Assembly (NCBI GenBank): GCA_964439625.1
Contig: CAYTPI010000002.1
Span: forward strand, 39,940-103,939
Reading direction: 5' to 3'
DNA: 64,000 nt
Source: an uncultured Anaerolineae bacterium
Lineage (GTDB): Bacteria; Chloroflexota; Anaerolineae; Aggregatilineales; UBA3940
The notes beneath the pieces were generated by a model. The model had not been told where the DNA came from. It saw only the letters and a list, made by a program, of their open reading frames with translations, and made no database searches. Both the position numbers and the translations under genes were made by a program. The stretch's first letter is position 1, and each line of letters begins with the position of its first letter. This document shows positions 52,106-60,782 of this stretch, piece after piece.

Positions 52106-52789
52106 ATGACCAACAACATACGACTCGCCGGCTTCATACCACATCGATGGGATTTAGACGCCAAGCAAGCGGTTCGTTTACAACAACAGCTTGCGTACTA
52201 TATTGATACAAAAACCTCTCTTGACCTCAAAAACATTAATCTAGTGGGAGGTGTAGATGTTAATGTGAAGGATGGCGTCAGTAAGGCAGCAGTTGTGTTG
52301 CTATCATTCCCAGCTTTGACATTGGTTGAGTATGCTGTTGCTTCTGTACCGACACCATTCCCTTACATCCCAGGGCTTTTGAGTTTCCGAGAAGGCAGCG
52401 TCATTATCCGAGCCTACGAACAATTGAATGTGAAAGCGGACGCTTATCTGTTTGATGGTATGGGTATCATGCATCCTCGGCGCATGGGGATTGCTAGCCA
52501 CATTGGGTTGTGGTTTGATGCGCCTACGCTTGGCTGTGGTAAGACTTATTTGCTTGGTGACTATACCGAACCTGATTCTGAAAAAGGAGCATTCAGTCCT
52601 GTTACACACCATGGTGAGATCATTGGGTACAGTTTGCGGACTCGCACCAATGTCAAGCCTGTTTTCATCTCACCAGGGCACCTGATGACACTGGACAACG
52701 CACGAGAGTTATCCTTGGCTTGTACGGGCAAATATCGCTTACCAGAGCCGGTTCGAGCAGCCCACAAATACGCCGGGCAGCATGCATAA
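52106..52789 (+). CDS. nfi: Endonuclease V
   Basis: GGVDV, FPYIPGLLSFRE, DGMGIMHPRRMGIASH, PVFISPGH, RLPEP; ATG 52106. Confidence 0.95.
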   Translation: MTNNIRLAGFIPHRWDLDAKQAVRLQQQLAYYIDTKTSLDLKNINLVGGVDVNVKDGVSKAAVVLLSFPALTLVEYAVASVPTPFPYIPGLLSFREGSVIIRAYEQLNVKADAYLFDGMGIMHPRRMGIASHIGLWFDAPTLGCGKTYLLGDYTEPDSEKGAFSPVTHHGEIIGYSLRTRTNVKPVFISPGHLMTLDNARELSLACTGKYRLPEPVRAAHKYAGQHA

Positions 52790-52816
52790 TTTCGCTATTA
52801 GAACAACTCGCCGGAG

Positions 52817-52846
52817 TTGAATTGCCAACTCTGGCTATGCTATACT
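52817..52846 (+). promoter_or_regulatory. Sigma70 promoter of yceD
   Basis: TTGAAT, 18-nt spacer, TATACT with an extended TG; overlapped by a hairpin at 52810-52835. Confidence 0.55.
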
Positions 52847-52856
52847 ATGCGCCATA

Positions 52857-52950
52857 AGGCGAATATCAAGTCGCCTCAACTAGATAGTTTTACAAAGCGT
52901 AGGCGGCTCTTGTAAGTCGTCTATATTTTGTCCTCGGGTCATTTTTGACC
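52857..52950 (+). promoter_or_regulatory. Structured 5' leader of yceD with alternative hairpins (candidate attenuator)
   Basis: AGGCGA/TCGCCT, TAGGCGGCT/AGTCGTCTA plus TATTTT, GGTCA/TGACC; segment 2 can also pair with segment 3. Confidence 0.45.
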
Positions 52951-52976
52951 ATTATTTTCTTGGTAGGTGCACTCTC

Positions 52977-53510
52977 ATGACAACGAACAACACATCTAAC
53001 ACAAAAACATTGAAGATTAATGTTGGGTTTCTCTTAAAGGAGAGTGCAGGTTACACCCGTGAGGTCGTCGTTGAGTCCCATGGAACCGTAATTATTGGTG
53101 AAGTCGAGCTTGATGAGCTTGATGGCATTCTCCGGCTCACGCGGACATCACAAGGCGTATTGGTTCAGGGTGAGCTTGATGCCATCATGACGATTGACTG
53201 CGTCCGCTGCTTGACGCCGTTTGGCTACGCTTTTGGCATTCAGTTTCAGGACTTATTCGTACCACACATGCACCCAGATGCAGCCGACCCAAACAACCCC
53301 TATGTAATCTCTGATGGTTACATCATTGATCTGTCTCCCATTGTGCGTGAAGAAAGTATCCTTGCTGTTCCAATGACGGCTGTCTGCAGTGAAGACTGCA
53401 AGGGGATTTGCTCAAAGTGCGGTGTCAATCTCAATGAAGAAACATGTGATTGTGTGCACGATGAGATCGACCCAAGGCTGGATGCACTCCGTAGTTTGCT
53501 CGAAGATTAA
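52977..53510 (+). CDS. yceD: DUF177/YceD family protein
   Basis: CVRCL, IDLSPIVRE..LAVP, CSEDCKGICSKCGVNLN, DPRLDAL. Confidence 0.93.
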   Translation: MTTNNTSNTKTLKINVGFLLKESAGYTREVVVESHGTVIIGEVELDELDGILRLTRTSQGVLVQGELDAIMTIDCVRCLTPFGYAFGIQFQDLFVPHMHPDAADPNNPYVISDGYIIDLSPIVREESILAVPMTAVCSEDCKGICSKCGVNLNEETCDCVHDEIDPRLDALRSLLED

Positions 53511-53552
53511 TAACCCTTATATCGTTTCATAACCTCAATATTTGGCGAAATC

Positions 53553-53584
53553 GACACCGACGGCAACCGTCGGTGTTTATTATT
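53553..53584 (+). terminator. Intrinsic terminator after yceD
   Basis: Perfect 10-bp stem ACACCGACGG-CAA-CCGTCGGTGT followed by TTATTATT. Confidence 0.8.
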
Positions 53585-53654
53585 ACAAAGGCGTCGCTAA
53601 AGCATAGCTGCGGCTGCTGAAAATGCTCAATTGACATAGGGGAGGGTGTCAAGC

Positions 53655-54821
53655 ATGTTTGAAAGCCAACCATACGAAAACCCTAAGTTTATTAACGCCC
53701 TTTTAGAGGAGGCAGAAGAGAAAGGCCACCTCACAGCACAGATAATTCGTGCTCAGATAGCAGAGTTTGATGATGTACGAGCAGAGCACTTTGACCAAAT
53801 TATTGTCATGCTCAGCAAATTTGATATTGATTACCGTACCAACAGCAGCAACCCTACAAAGATAGTCAATACCACCTTGCAAGACGATCTGACAGGTATA
53901 GACGCTGTGGACACCATAGGCCTCTATCTGAAAGAGATGTCACGCGTTCCGCTGTTATCCGTTAACGAAGAGATCCAACTTGCGCAAGAGTATGAAGCTG
54001 GACAAGTGGCTCAACAACAGCTTCTTCAACTGGCAAAGGCCGACAACAACACGCAGAAAGATAACCTTAAACAGCTCATTTATCGCGGCGAAGCCGCCCG
54101 TGATCACTTAATCCGGGCCAACACCCGGTTGGTCGTCAGTGTGGCCAAAAGGTACGTCAATCGGGGTGTCCCTTTCCTTGATCTTATTCAGGAGGGTAAC
54201 CTAGGGTTAATGCGTGCTGTGGAAAAGTTTGATTATCATCGTGGTTACCGCTTCAGTACCTATGCCACTTGGTGGATCCGTCAGGCTGTATCCCGTGCCA
54301 TTGCAGACCAAGGGCGTACAATTCGGGTGCCGGTTCACATGTCTGATCAGATTGCGAAACTCTACAAGACTGCTGGTAAACTCGAACAGAAACTAGGTCG
54401 CAAAGCAACCTATCAAGAGTTAGCAGAAGAATTGGAGGTTAATGAAGAGAAAGTTCAATGGATGATGCGTGTCAGTTGGCAGCCGTTGTCATTGGAGGAA
54501 CCGATTGGTGAGGATGAGGACGCTGAACTAGGTGCTTTCATCGAAGATAAGAATGCCACCGCGCCATCCGACGTGCTTCAAAACCAGTTACTCAAAGAGC
54601 AGTTAGAGGAAACATTAGCAACCCTGACAATTCGTGAAGCCAAAATTCTTAGAATGCGCTTTGGCCTGAATAACGGTGAGATACATACGTTGGAAGAGGT
54701 CGGGAAAAAATTTGGCTTGACGCGCGAACGCATTCGTCAGATTGAGGGGAATGCCTTGCGTCGGTTACGACACCCAAGCCGCTCGCGGGAATTACGAGCT
54801 TATCTACCAGATAAGTATTAG
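53655..54821 (+). CDS. RpoD/SigA-family sigma70 factor
   Basis: Region 1.2 [15 protein letters not shown]; region 2 [30 protein letters not shown]; RTIRVPVHM; region 4 [18 protein letters not shown]. Confidence 0.95.
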   Translation: MFESQPYENPKFINALLEEAEEKGHLTAQIIRAQIAEFDDVRAEHFDQIIVMLSKFDIDYRTNSSNPTKIVNTTLQDDLTGIDAVDTIGLYLKEMSRVPLLSVNEEIQLAQEYEAGQVAQQQLLQLAKADNNTQKDNLKQLIYRGEAARDHLIRANTRLVVSVAKRYVNRGVPFLDLIQEGNLGLMRAVEKFDYHRGYRFSTYATWWIRQAVSRAIADQGRTIRVPVHMSDQIAKLYKTAGKLEQKLGRKATYQELAEELEVNEEKVQWMMRVSWQPLSLEEPIGEDEDAELGAFIEDKNATAPSDVLQNQLLKEQLEETLATLTIREAKILRMRFGLNNGEIHTLEEVGKKFGLTRERIRQIEGNALRRLRHPSRSRELRAYLPDKY

Positions 54822-54834
54822 CGCATGTATCTTG

Positions 54835-54864
54835 AACGGTGTAGACAACAATCTACACCGTTTT
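54835..54864 (+). terminator. Intrinsic terminator after the sigma factor gene
   Basis: Perfect 11-bp stem AACGGTGTAGA-CAACAA-TCTACACCGTT followed by TT. Confidence 0.8.
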
Positions 54865-54946
54865 CATCTCTGCGAATTGACAATAATCCATAAGAACACG
54901 CTACAATAGCTAGGCACACTCACAGGTAAACTAAGGGAAAAATGAT

Positions 54947-55234
54947 ATGGCTATCAGCCGCGAAGAGGTCGATCATATGGCTAGTTTGGCGCGCCTTAAT
55001 CTGACAGATGAAGAGGCTGAGATGTACCGTGAGCAACTATCTGAGCTGCTGGGCTTCTTCAATAAATTAAGCGAGTTAGATACTGACGATATTCAACCAA
55101 CGTCTACCATACTACCCGCCCAAACAGTGCTTCGGAATGACGAGCCAAAAGTCAACGTCAGCCAAGAAGCGCTCCTCAAAAATGCCGCTAATGAGAGCAA
55201 AAACATGTTCAAAGTGAAGGCGGTATTGGACTAA
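54947..55234 (+). CDS. gatC: Asp/Glu-tRNA amidotransferase subunit C
   Basis: [38 protein letters not shown]. Confidence 0.95.
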   Translation: MAISREEVDHMASLARLNLTDEEAEMYREQLSELLGFFNKLSELDTDDIQPTSTILPAQTVLRNDEPKVNVSQEALLKNAANESKNMFKVKAVLD

Positions 55235-56697
55235 TGAGCGATTTAACCCAATTGACGATCAAACAGGCGCATGACGCCCTCAATAAAGGTGAGTTAACGT
55301 CAGAGGAATTGACTCAAGCACACCTCGACCGAATTCAAGCTGTTGAACCAACGGTGCAGGCTTACCTACGTGTGACTGCCGATATTGCCATGCAGCATGC
55401 TAAGCAGGCCGATAAAAAACGACAAGCTGGGGAAGATAGCCCTTTATTGGGTATCCCTTTGGCTTACAAAGATGTGCTGGTCACTGAGGGCGTTGAGACA
55501 ACCTGTGGCTCGAAAATTCTCGAAGGCTATATTCCGCCCTACACGGCAACTGCTATCGATAAGCTCAACCAGGCAGGGGCGGTCATGTTGGGCAAACTCA
55601 ATATGGATGAATTTGCCATGGGCTCATCAACCGAGAACTCCGCCTACCAAGCAACTCGCAACCCCTGGGATGTGGCGCGTGTCCCTGGTGGTTCTAGCGG
55701 CGGGAGCGCTGCGGCTGTTGCTGCCCAGTTAGCTCTTGGTACGCTGGGCACCGATACAGGTGGCAGTATTCGGCAACCAGCCGGGTTATGTGGTGTAGTC
55801 GGTCTGAAACCCAGCTATGGGCGCGTATCACGCTATGGTCTGGTCGCCTTTGGCTCCTCACTAGACCAGATCGGCCCATTCACGCGAACCGTTGAGGATT
55901 CTGCCATCATCCTGAACGCAATCGCTGGGCACGACCCAAAAGACTCCACATCGATGCCGCTCGATGTCCCTGATTTCACCGCCGGTCTGAGCGCTAATCT
56001 AAAAGGTGTAAAGATCGGCATACCAGATGAATATTTTTCTGGCGAGGGCATCCAACCAGAGGTGTTAGCCGCCGTGCAAGCCGCTATCGAACAGATGAAA
56101 GACCTTGGGGCAGACGTCCTTGAGATCAGCTTGCCGCATACGGAATATGCCATCCCCGTTTACTACTTAGTTGCCACAGCAGAAGCATCAGCTAATCTCG
56201 CTCGCTTTGAAGGCGTGCGCTATGGGCCGCGTATTGAAGGCGACCAAATGTGGGACATGTATAACAACACCCGCGGCACTTTGTTTGGCCCAGAAGTCAA
56301 ACGCCGCATTATGTTAGGTACCTATGCTCTCTCCGCTGGCTACTATGATGCCTATTATGGAAAGGCTCAGAAAGTCCGTACGTTGATCAAACAAGATTTT
56401 GAGGACGCGTTTGAGCAAGTCGATGTAATCGCCGGGCCGGTTACTCCGACAACAGCGTTTAAGTTTGGCGAAAAAATGGATGATCCACTCCAAATGTACC
56501 TATCGGATGTTTATACTATTGCCGTCAACCTGGCAGGTGTGTCAGCTTTATCAGTGCCCTGTGGATTTGATAGCAACAATTTGCCCATCGGCCTGCATCT
56601 GATCGGCGCACAGTTTGATGAAGCATCGATCCTCAATGTGGGTTATGCCTATCAGCAAGTTACTGATTTTCACCAGCAGGCTGCGCCTGTCGGTTAA
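55234..56697 (+). CDS. gatA: Asp/Glu-tRNA amidotransferase subunit A
   Basis: [63 protein letters not shown]. Confidence 0.97.
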   Translation: MSDLTQLTIKQAHDALNKGELTSEELTQAHLDRIQAVEPTVQAYLRVTADIAMQHAKQADKKRQAGEDSPLLGIPLAYKDVLVTEGVETTCGSKILEGYIPPYTATAIDKLNQAGAVMLGKLNMDEFAMGSSTENSAYQATRNPWDVARVPGGSSGGSAAAVAAQLALGTLGTDTGGSIRQPAGLCGVVGLKPSYGRVSRYGLVAFGSSLDQIGPFTRTVEDSAIILNAIAGHDPKDSTSMPLDVPDFTAGLSANLKGVKIGIPDEYFSGEGIQPEVLAAVQAAIEQMKDLGADVLEISLPHTEYAIPVYYLVATAEASANLARFEGVRYGPRIEGDQMWDMYNNTRGTLFGPEVKRRIMLGTYALSAGYYDAYYGKAQKVRTLIKQDFEDAFEQVDVIAGPVTPTTAFKFGEKMDDPLQMYLSDVYTIAVNLAGVSALSVPCGFDSNNLPIGLHLIGAQFDEASILNVGYAYQQVTDFHQQAAPVG

Positions 56698-56756
56698 GAT
56701 CAATCCAGCAAAAGGCGATTCAGAAATTGGGATTCAGCTATTGTGTAACTACATAG

Positions 56757-56793
56757 AAAAAGCCCTTCACTCGTTGCGGTGGAGGGATTTTTT
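56757..56793 (+). terminator. Intrinsic terminator after gatA
   Basis: CCCTTCAC/GTGGAGGG stem with a T6 tail and an A-tract in front. Confidence 0.7.
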
Positions 56794-56835
56794 ATTGGTT
56801 ACACTACACACACAATAGCGAAAGAAATTGACTCA

Positions 56836-57307
56836 TTGGTTCGCAAGATCACCATACTCACATCATTGATCTTACTTGTACTTATTGGCTGTCATATTCC
56901 TAAACGGCGCAGCGTGCAAAACCAAGTTGATGTATCAGTAATCAAGCCAGAAATAGAAGAATTAGAACCCACCCCCATACCCACTGAGGAGAATAGCCCT
57001 GTGGCTGCTGGTTATGAGATTCTATTTGAAGCACCTGAACTGCACGACGACGTTTGGATCAACTCTGAGCCACTGAAACTTTCAGACCTGCGTGGAAAAG
57101 TCGTATTACTGGAGATGTGGACGTTTGGTTGCTACAACTGTCGGAATGTGCAACTATGGCACACGTGCTTGGCCTACGCTCTACTTGATTGATAAATGGG
57201 GTAATGTTTGTTATACCCATCGGGGTGAAGGGCGCTACGCTCAAACGGAGCAGGCCATTCAAGTATTAATGGCTGAAGAAGTACAGCCAACAAGTGTCAG
57301 TCGGTAA
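56836..57307 (+). pseudogene. TlpA/DipZ-like thioredoxin lipoprotein with an internal deletion and frameshift
   Basis: Frame 1: lipobox LIGC, WINSEPL, LRGKVVLLEMWTFGCYNCRNV. The frame switches near 57150 to YGTRAWPTLYLIDK.G...H.GEG.Y..TEQAI. The middle part of the fold is missing. Confidence 0.8.
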
Positions 57308-57346
57308 CGTAGAAAAGTACTGAGTTCATACAGGGGAGCACGATTT

Positions 57347-57730
57347 ATGAAATATAAAAATCATGTCCGTTGGGATGATGCCGAACCGGTCGAGATGTTT
57401 ACCGGGTTAGCCCGCCGCACGCTGGGCACAACCGATACAATGATGATCTGTGAATGGCGCGCGCTTGCTGGGGCCACTGTCCCAGAGCATAGTCATTCAA
57501 ATGAACAGACTGGTTACGTCGTCAGTGGTCAAGTAATTATGAACATCGGCGGTCAGACAATCACCTGCAGTGAGGGTGACAGCTATGCCATCCCCGCTAA
57601 TGTGCCGCACAGTGCACACTTTGATGTTGACAGCGTCTTCATTGACGTATTCTCACCCCCGCGTGAGGAATATCGCACGCCGCCATGTGCCAAAAAATCC
57701 GCGCAGGGGCCAAACAGCAAATATAGATAA
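57347..57730 (+). CDS. Cupin domain protein
   Basis: PEHSHSNEQTGYVVSG, GDSYAIPANVPHSA, DVFSPPREEY. Confidence 0.92.
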   Translation: MKYKNHVRWDDAEPVEMFTGLARRTLGTTDTMMICEWRALAGATVPEHSHSNEQTGYVVSGQVIMNIGGQTITCSEGDSYAIPANVPHSAHFDVDSVFIDVFSPPREEYRTPPCAKKSAQGPNSKYR

Positions 57731-57766
57731 GCACCTACAAGCCACATCAACTAGGAGAAGAAGGTA

Positions 57767-60544
57767 ATGGCTGATAGTTACGACCACAAAGCCATCGAGG
57801 CGAAGTGGCAAAAGCGTTGGGAAGAGACAGCACTCTACCACGCCGAAGTGGACTGGGACAAACCGAAACACTACGCGCTGACCATGCTGCCGTACCCCAG
57901 CGGCAACCTACATATTGGGCATTGGTTTGCCATGGCGCCATCCGATGCACGCGCCCGCTTTAAGCGGATGAAAGGGTATAACGTCCTGTTCCCTATGGGG
58001 TTCGATGCCTTCGGCCTCCCTGCTGAAAACGCCGCCATTACCCGCAATATTCATCCGTGGAAGTGGACGTATGCCAACATCGAGAATATGCGTAAGCAGC
58101 TTCGCAGCATGGGCGCTATGTTCGACTGGAAGCGTGAAGCCGTTAGCTGCCAACCATCCTACTACAAATGGACACAATGGTTCTTCAAGCAGTTCTACGA
58201 AAACGATCTAGCCTACCGTAATAAGGCCATGGTTAACTGGAGCCCGACGCTGCAAACGGTGTTGGCAAACGAACAGGTCATCGATGGTAAAGACGAACGT
58301 ACTGGGCAGCCGGTCATCCAAAAGATGATGGAGCAGTGGTTCTTTCGCACCACAAACTATGCTAATGAACTGCTCGACTTTGGCCCCCTGGATTGGCCCG
58401 AACCGGTCAAGATCATGCAGACGAACTGGATTGGTCGGAGTGAGGGCGCCCGTGTCGTGTTCGAGTCTGAACAGGGTGATCCCATCGAAGTTTACACTAC
58501 CCGACCCGACACGCTCTGGGGTGCGACCTTCATGGTGCTAGCACCTGAGCATGCGTTAGTCCAAAAATTAACAACGGATGAACAGCGTACTGAGGTCGAA
58601 GCCTACATTGAACAAGCCGCCAATACTACCGAGATCGAACGCTCGGCGGAAGGACGTGAAAAGACGGGTGTTTTCGTTGGCGCGCATGCTACCAACCCGG
58701 TGAATAAAGCTCGGATACCAGTCTGGATTGCTGACTATGTCATGTTGGGCTACGGTACAGGTGCCATTATGGCTGTGCCGTCTGGTGATCAACGTGACTT
58801 TGAATTCGCACGCAAGTTTAGCCTAGAGATTATTCCGGTAGTTCAGCCAGAGGGTCAAGAAGACCTCGATGGGGAGACGATGGAAGAAGCCTATGCTGGC
58901 GCAGGTGTCATCGTCAACAGTGCGGCTTGGTTGAATGGGATTGAATCAAATGGGCAGAAGGGACGCAAAAACCCAGCGATTGCTGCCGTCCTCGATTGGC
59001 TAGAAGAAAACAACGTCGGTCAAGAAGCCGTCAACTACCGTTTGCGCGACTGGCTGATCAGCCGCCAGCGTTATTGGGGTTCGCCTATCCCGATTATCTA
59101 TCGCGAAGATGGCAAGCTAGAAGCTGTTCCAGACGAGGACTTGCCAGTTACCTTACCAGAAGAGGTTGAATTTCAACCAACCGGGCGCAGCCCACTGACA
59201 TACTACGTGCCCTTCTTGAATACGACCGACAGCGACGGCGACGCAGCCCGTCGTGAGACAGACACAATGGACACATTCATGTGTTCGTCATGGTATCAAC
59301 TCCGATACCTCAGTCCAAAATACGACAAGGCCCCTTTCGACCCAGAAGAAGCGGCCTATTGGCTACCCGTTGACGTCTACACAGGTGGTGCTGAGCATGC
59401 AACGCTGCATTTACTCTACACGCGTTTCTTCACCAAGGCCCTGCGTGATCTTGGCATCTATGACGACGCCGCCAAGATTGCCGCAGAACACGGGCGCGAG
59501 ACGAAAACCCTTTTCAATGAACCCATGATGATGCTGAGAAACCAAGGGCAGATTCTTGGTGAGGAACGCCCTGGTGACTTGTTAAGCATCCTTGGCGAGC
59601 CAGACGAGCAGAGTCGCATCATTGCGACAGAAGTCAAGGTAATTGATGAAGAAGCAGGCGCTCTACCAAGTGCTACCGTTGTCGGTGAACTGGTTCGCCG
59701 CAAGGAAAATATCCTGACAGTTCGCAGTGGTGATGGAGACGAGGTTCTTGTCGAGGTTCCTGATACTGCAACGGTTAATATTCCAAACATTGATGGCGAG
59801 AACAATGTCAACCAGTTGAAACACTACTTAGATATTCAACGGATGTCTAAGAGTAAGGGCAACGTCGTTGACCCAGATATGCTTGTCGAACGCTATGGTG
59901 CTGATGTGGTCCGCGGCTACCTAATGTTTGCGTTTAAGTGGGAGCAGGGTGGCCCTTGGGACAGCCAAGGTGTTGTGGGTATGGTGCGTTTTCTGCACGA
60001 TGTTTGGTCACTGATTAACGACCCAGCAGGTGCTCAAGGCACAGCCACAGACGACGAAATTACTGCCTTGCAGCGCAAGATGCATCAGACGATTCTGAAG
60101 GTAACGCAGGACTTTGAAGACTTCAGCTTCAACACAGCCATCGCTGCACTATTTGAGCTTAAGAACCTAATGCAAAAGCTCAAGTCAGAGGCAATGCTTG
60201 AAACAGACATATGGTTAGAAGCCACGCGCAACTTCATTCTGATGATGGCACCATTTATGCCCCATGTTGCCGAAGAACTATGGGAAATCATAGGTGAGGA
60301 ATTCAGTGTGCACCAGCAGGCATGGCCCATTGGTGACGAAGAACTCGCCGCCGAAGATGTGATCACATTGGTGATCCAAATCAACGGCAAAGTGCGTGAC
60401 AAACTTGATGTCCCCGCCGATATTGACGAGGCTACAGCCAAGGACTTGGCTCTCAAGTCTGAGAAAATTGCGAACATGCTGAATGGCAGTGAGCCAAAAC
60501 GTGTGATCTATGTACCAGGACGCCTTGTCAACATTGTACTGTAA
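57767..60544 (+). CDS. leuS: Leucine-tRNA ligase
   Basis: MLPYPSGNLHIGH, YTTRPDT, YGTGAIMAVP (editing domain), RDWLISRQRYWG, RMSKS, QINGKVR. Confidence 0.98.
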   Translation: MADSYDHKAIEAKWQKRWEETALYHAEVDWDKPKHYALTMLPYPSGNLHIGHWFAMAPSDARARFKRMKGYNVLFPMGFDAFGLPAENAAITRNIHPWKWTYANIENMRKQLRSMGAMFDWKREAVSCQPSYYKWTQWFFKQFYENDLAYRNKAMVNWSPTLQTVLANEQVIDGKDERTGQPVIQKMMEQWFFRTTNYANELLDFGPLDWPEPVKIMQTNWIGRSEGARVVFESEQGDPIEVYTTRPDTLWGATFMVLAPEHALVQKLTTDEQRTEVEAYIEQAANTTEIERSAEGREKTGVFVGAHATNPVNKARIPVWIADYVMLGYGTGAIMAVPSGDQRDFEFARKFSLEIIPVVQPEGQEDLDGETMEEAYAGAGVIVNSAAWLNGIESNGQKGRKNPAIAAVLDWLEENNVGQEAVNYRLRDWLISRQRYWGSPIPIIYREDGKLEAVPDEDLPVTLPEEVEFQPTGRSPLTYYVPFLNTTDSDGDAARRETDTMDTFMCSSWYQLRYLSPKYDKAPFDPEEAAYWLPVDVYTGGAEHATLHLLYTRFFTKALRDLGIYDDAAKIAAEHGRETKTLFNEPMMMLRNQGQILGEERPGDLLSILGEPDEQSRIIATEVKVIDEEAGALPSATVVGELVRRKENILTVRSGDGDEVLVEVPDTATVNIPNIDGENNVNQLKHYLDIQRMSKSKGNVVDPDMLVERYGADVVRGYLMFAFKWEQGGPWDSQGVVGMVRFLHDVWSLINDPAGAQGTATDDEITALQRKMHQTILKVTQDFEDFSFNTAIAALFELKNLMQKLKSEAMLETDIWLEATRNFILMMAPFMPHVAEELWEIIGEEFSVHQQAWPIGDEELAAEDVITLVIQINGKVRDKLDVPADIDEATAKDLALKSEKIANMLNGSEPKRVIYVPGRLVNIVL

Positions 60545-60555
60545 GCCCAGTCATT

Positions 60556-60591
60556 CAGGGGTCTATTGCCTTAGATAGGCCCCTGTCGTTT
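60556..60591 (+). terminator. Terminator after leuS
   Basis: CAGGGGTCTAT/ATAGGCCCCTG 11-bp stem. Confidence 0.7.
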
Positions 60592-60661
60592 CTGTACTGG
60601 CCCATCGCTTGCAATGCACCTAAATCGCTCTTATTATAAAATCATACTGTTTTTAGCAAAG

Positions 60662-60679
60662 TCACAGATAATTCTGTGA
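60662..60679. promoter_or_regulatory. Palindrome upstream of glmU
   Basis: TCACAGA-TAAT-TCTGTGA. Confidence 0.4.
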
Positions 60680-60782
60680 AACTATTAGCAACTGACGAAC
60701 CTCCCTCAACTAAATTATTACTTGACACATCACTCTGTGTCTCTTCACTTGCGCCTATTTCTCATGGGGAAATGAACTTTAT

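Noticed and set aside
53596-53630. 14-mer GCTAAAGCATAGCT also found at 7511-7524, with an antisense TTGAGC-18-TATGCT
   Set aside because: Probably a -10-like coincidence; it would give only a tiny antisense RNA and has no other support.
54947-56697. gatCA without gatB
   Set aside because: gatB is often encoded separately; not informative from one window.
57092-57192. Selenocysteine read-through or programmed frameshift in the redoxin gene
   Set aside because: The active site is TGC/TGT (Cys/Cys), the TGA lies in the off-frame tail, and coding sequence is physically missing.
59567-59839. Intein in LeuS
   Set aside because: No N-terminal Cys/Ser block and no C-terminal His-Asn; the insert sits at the known variable domain position.
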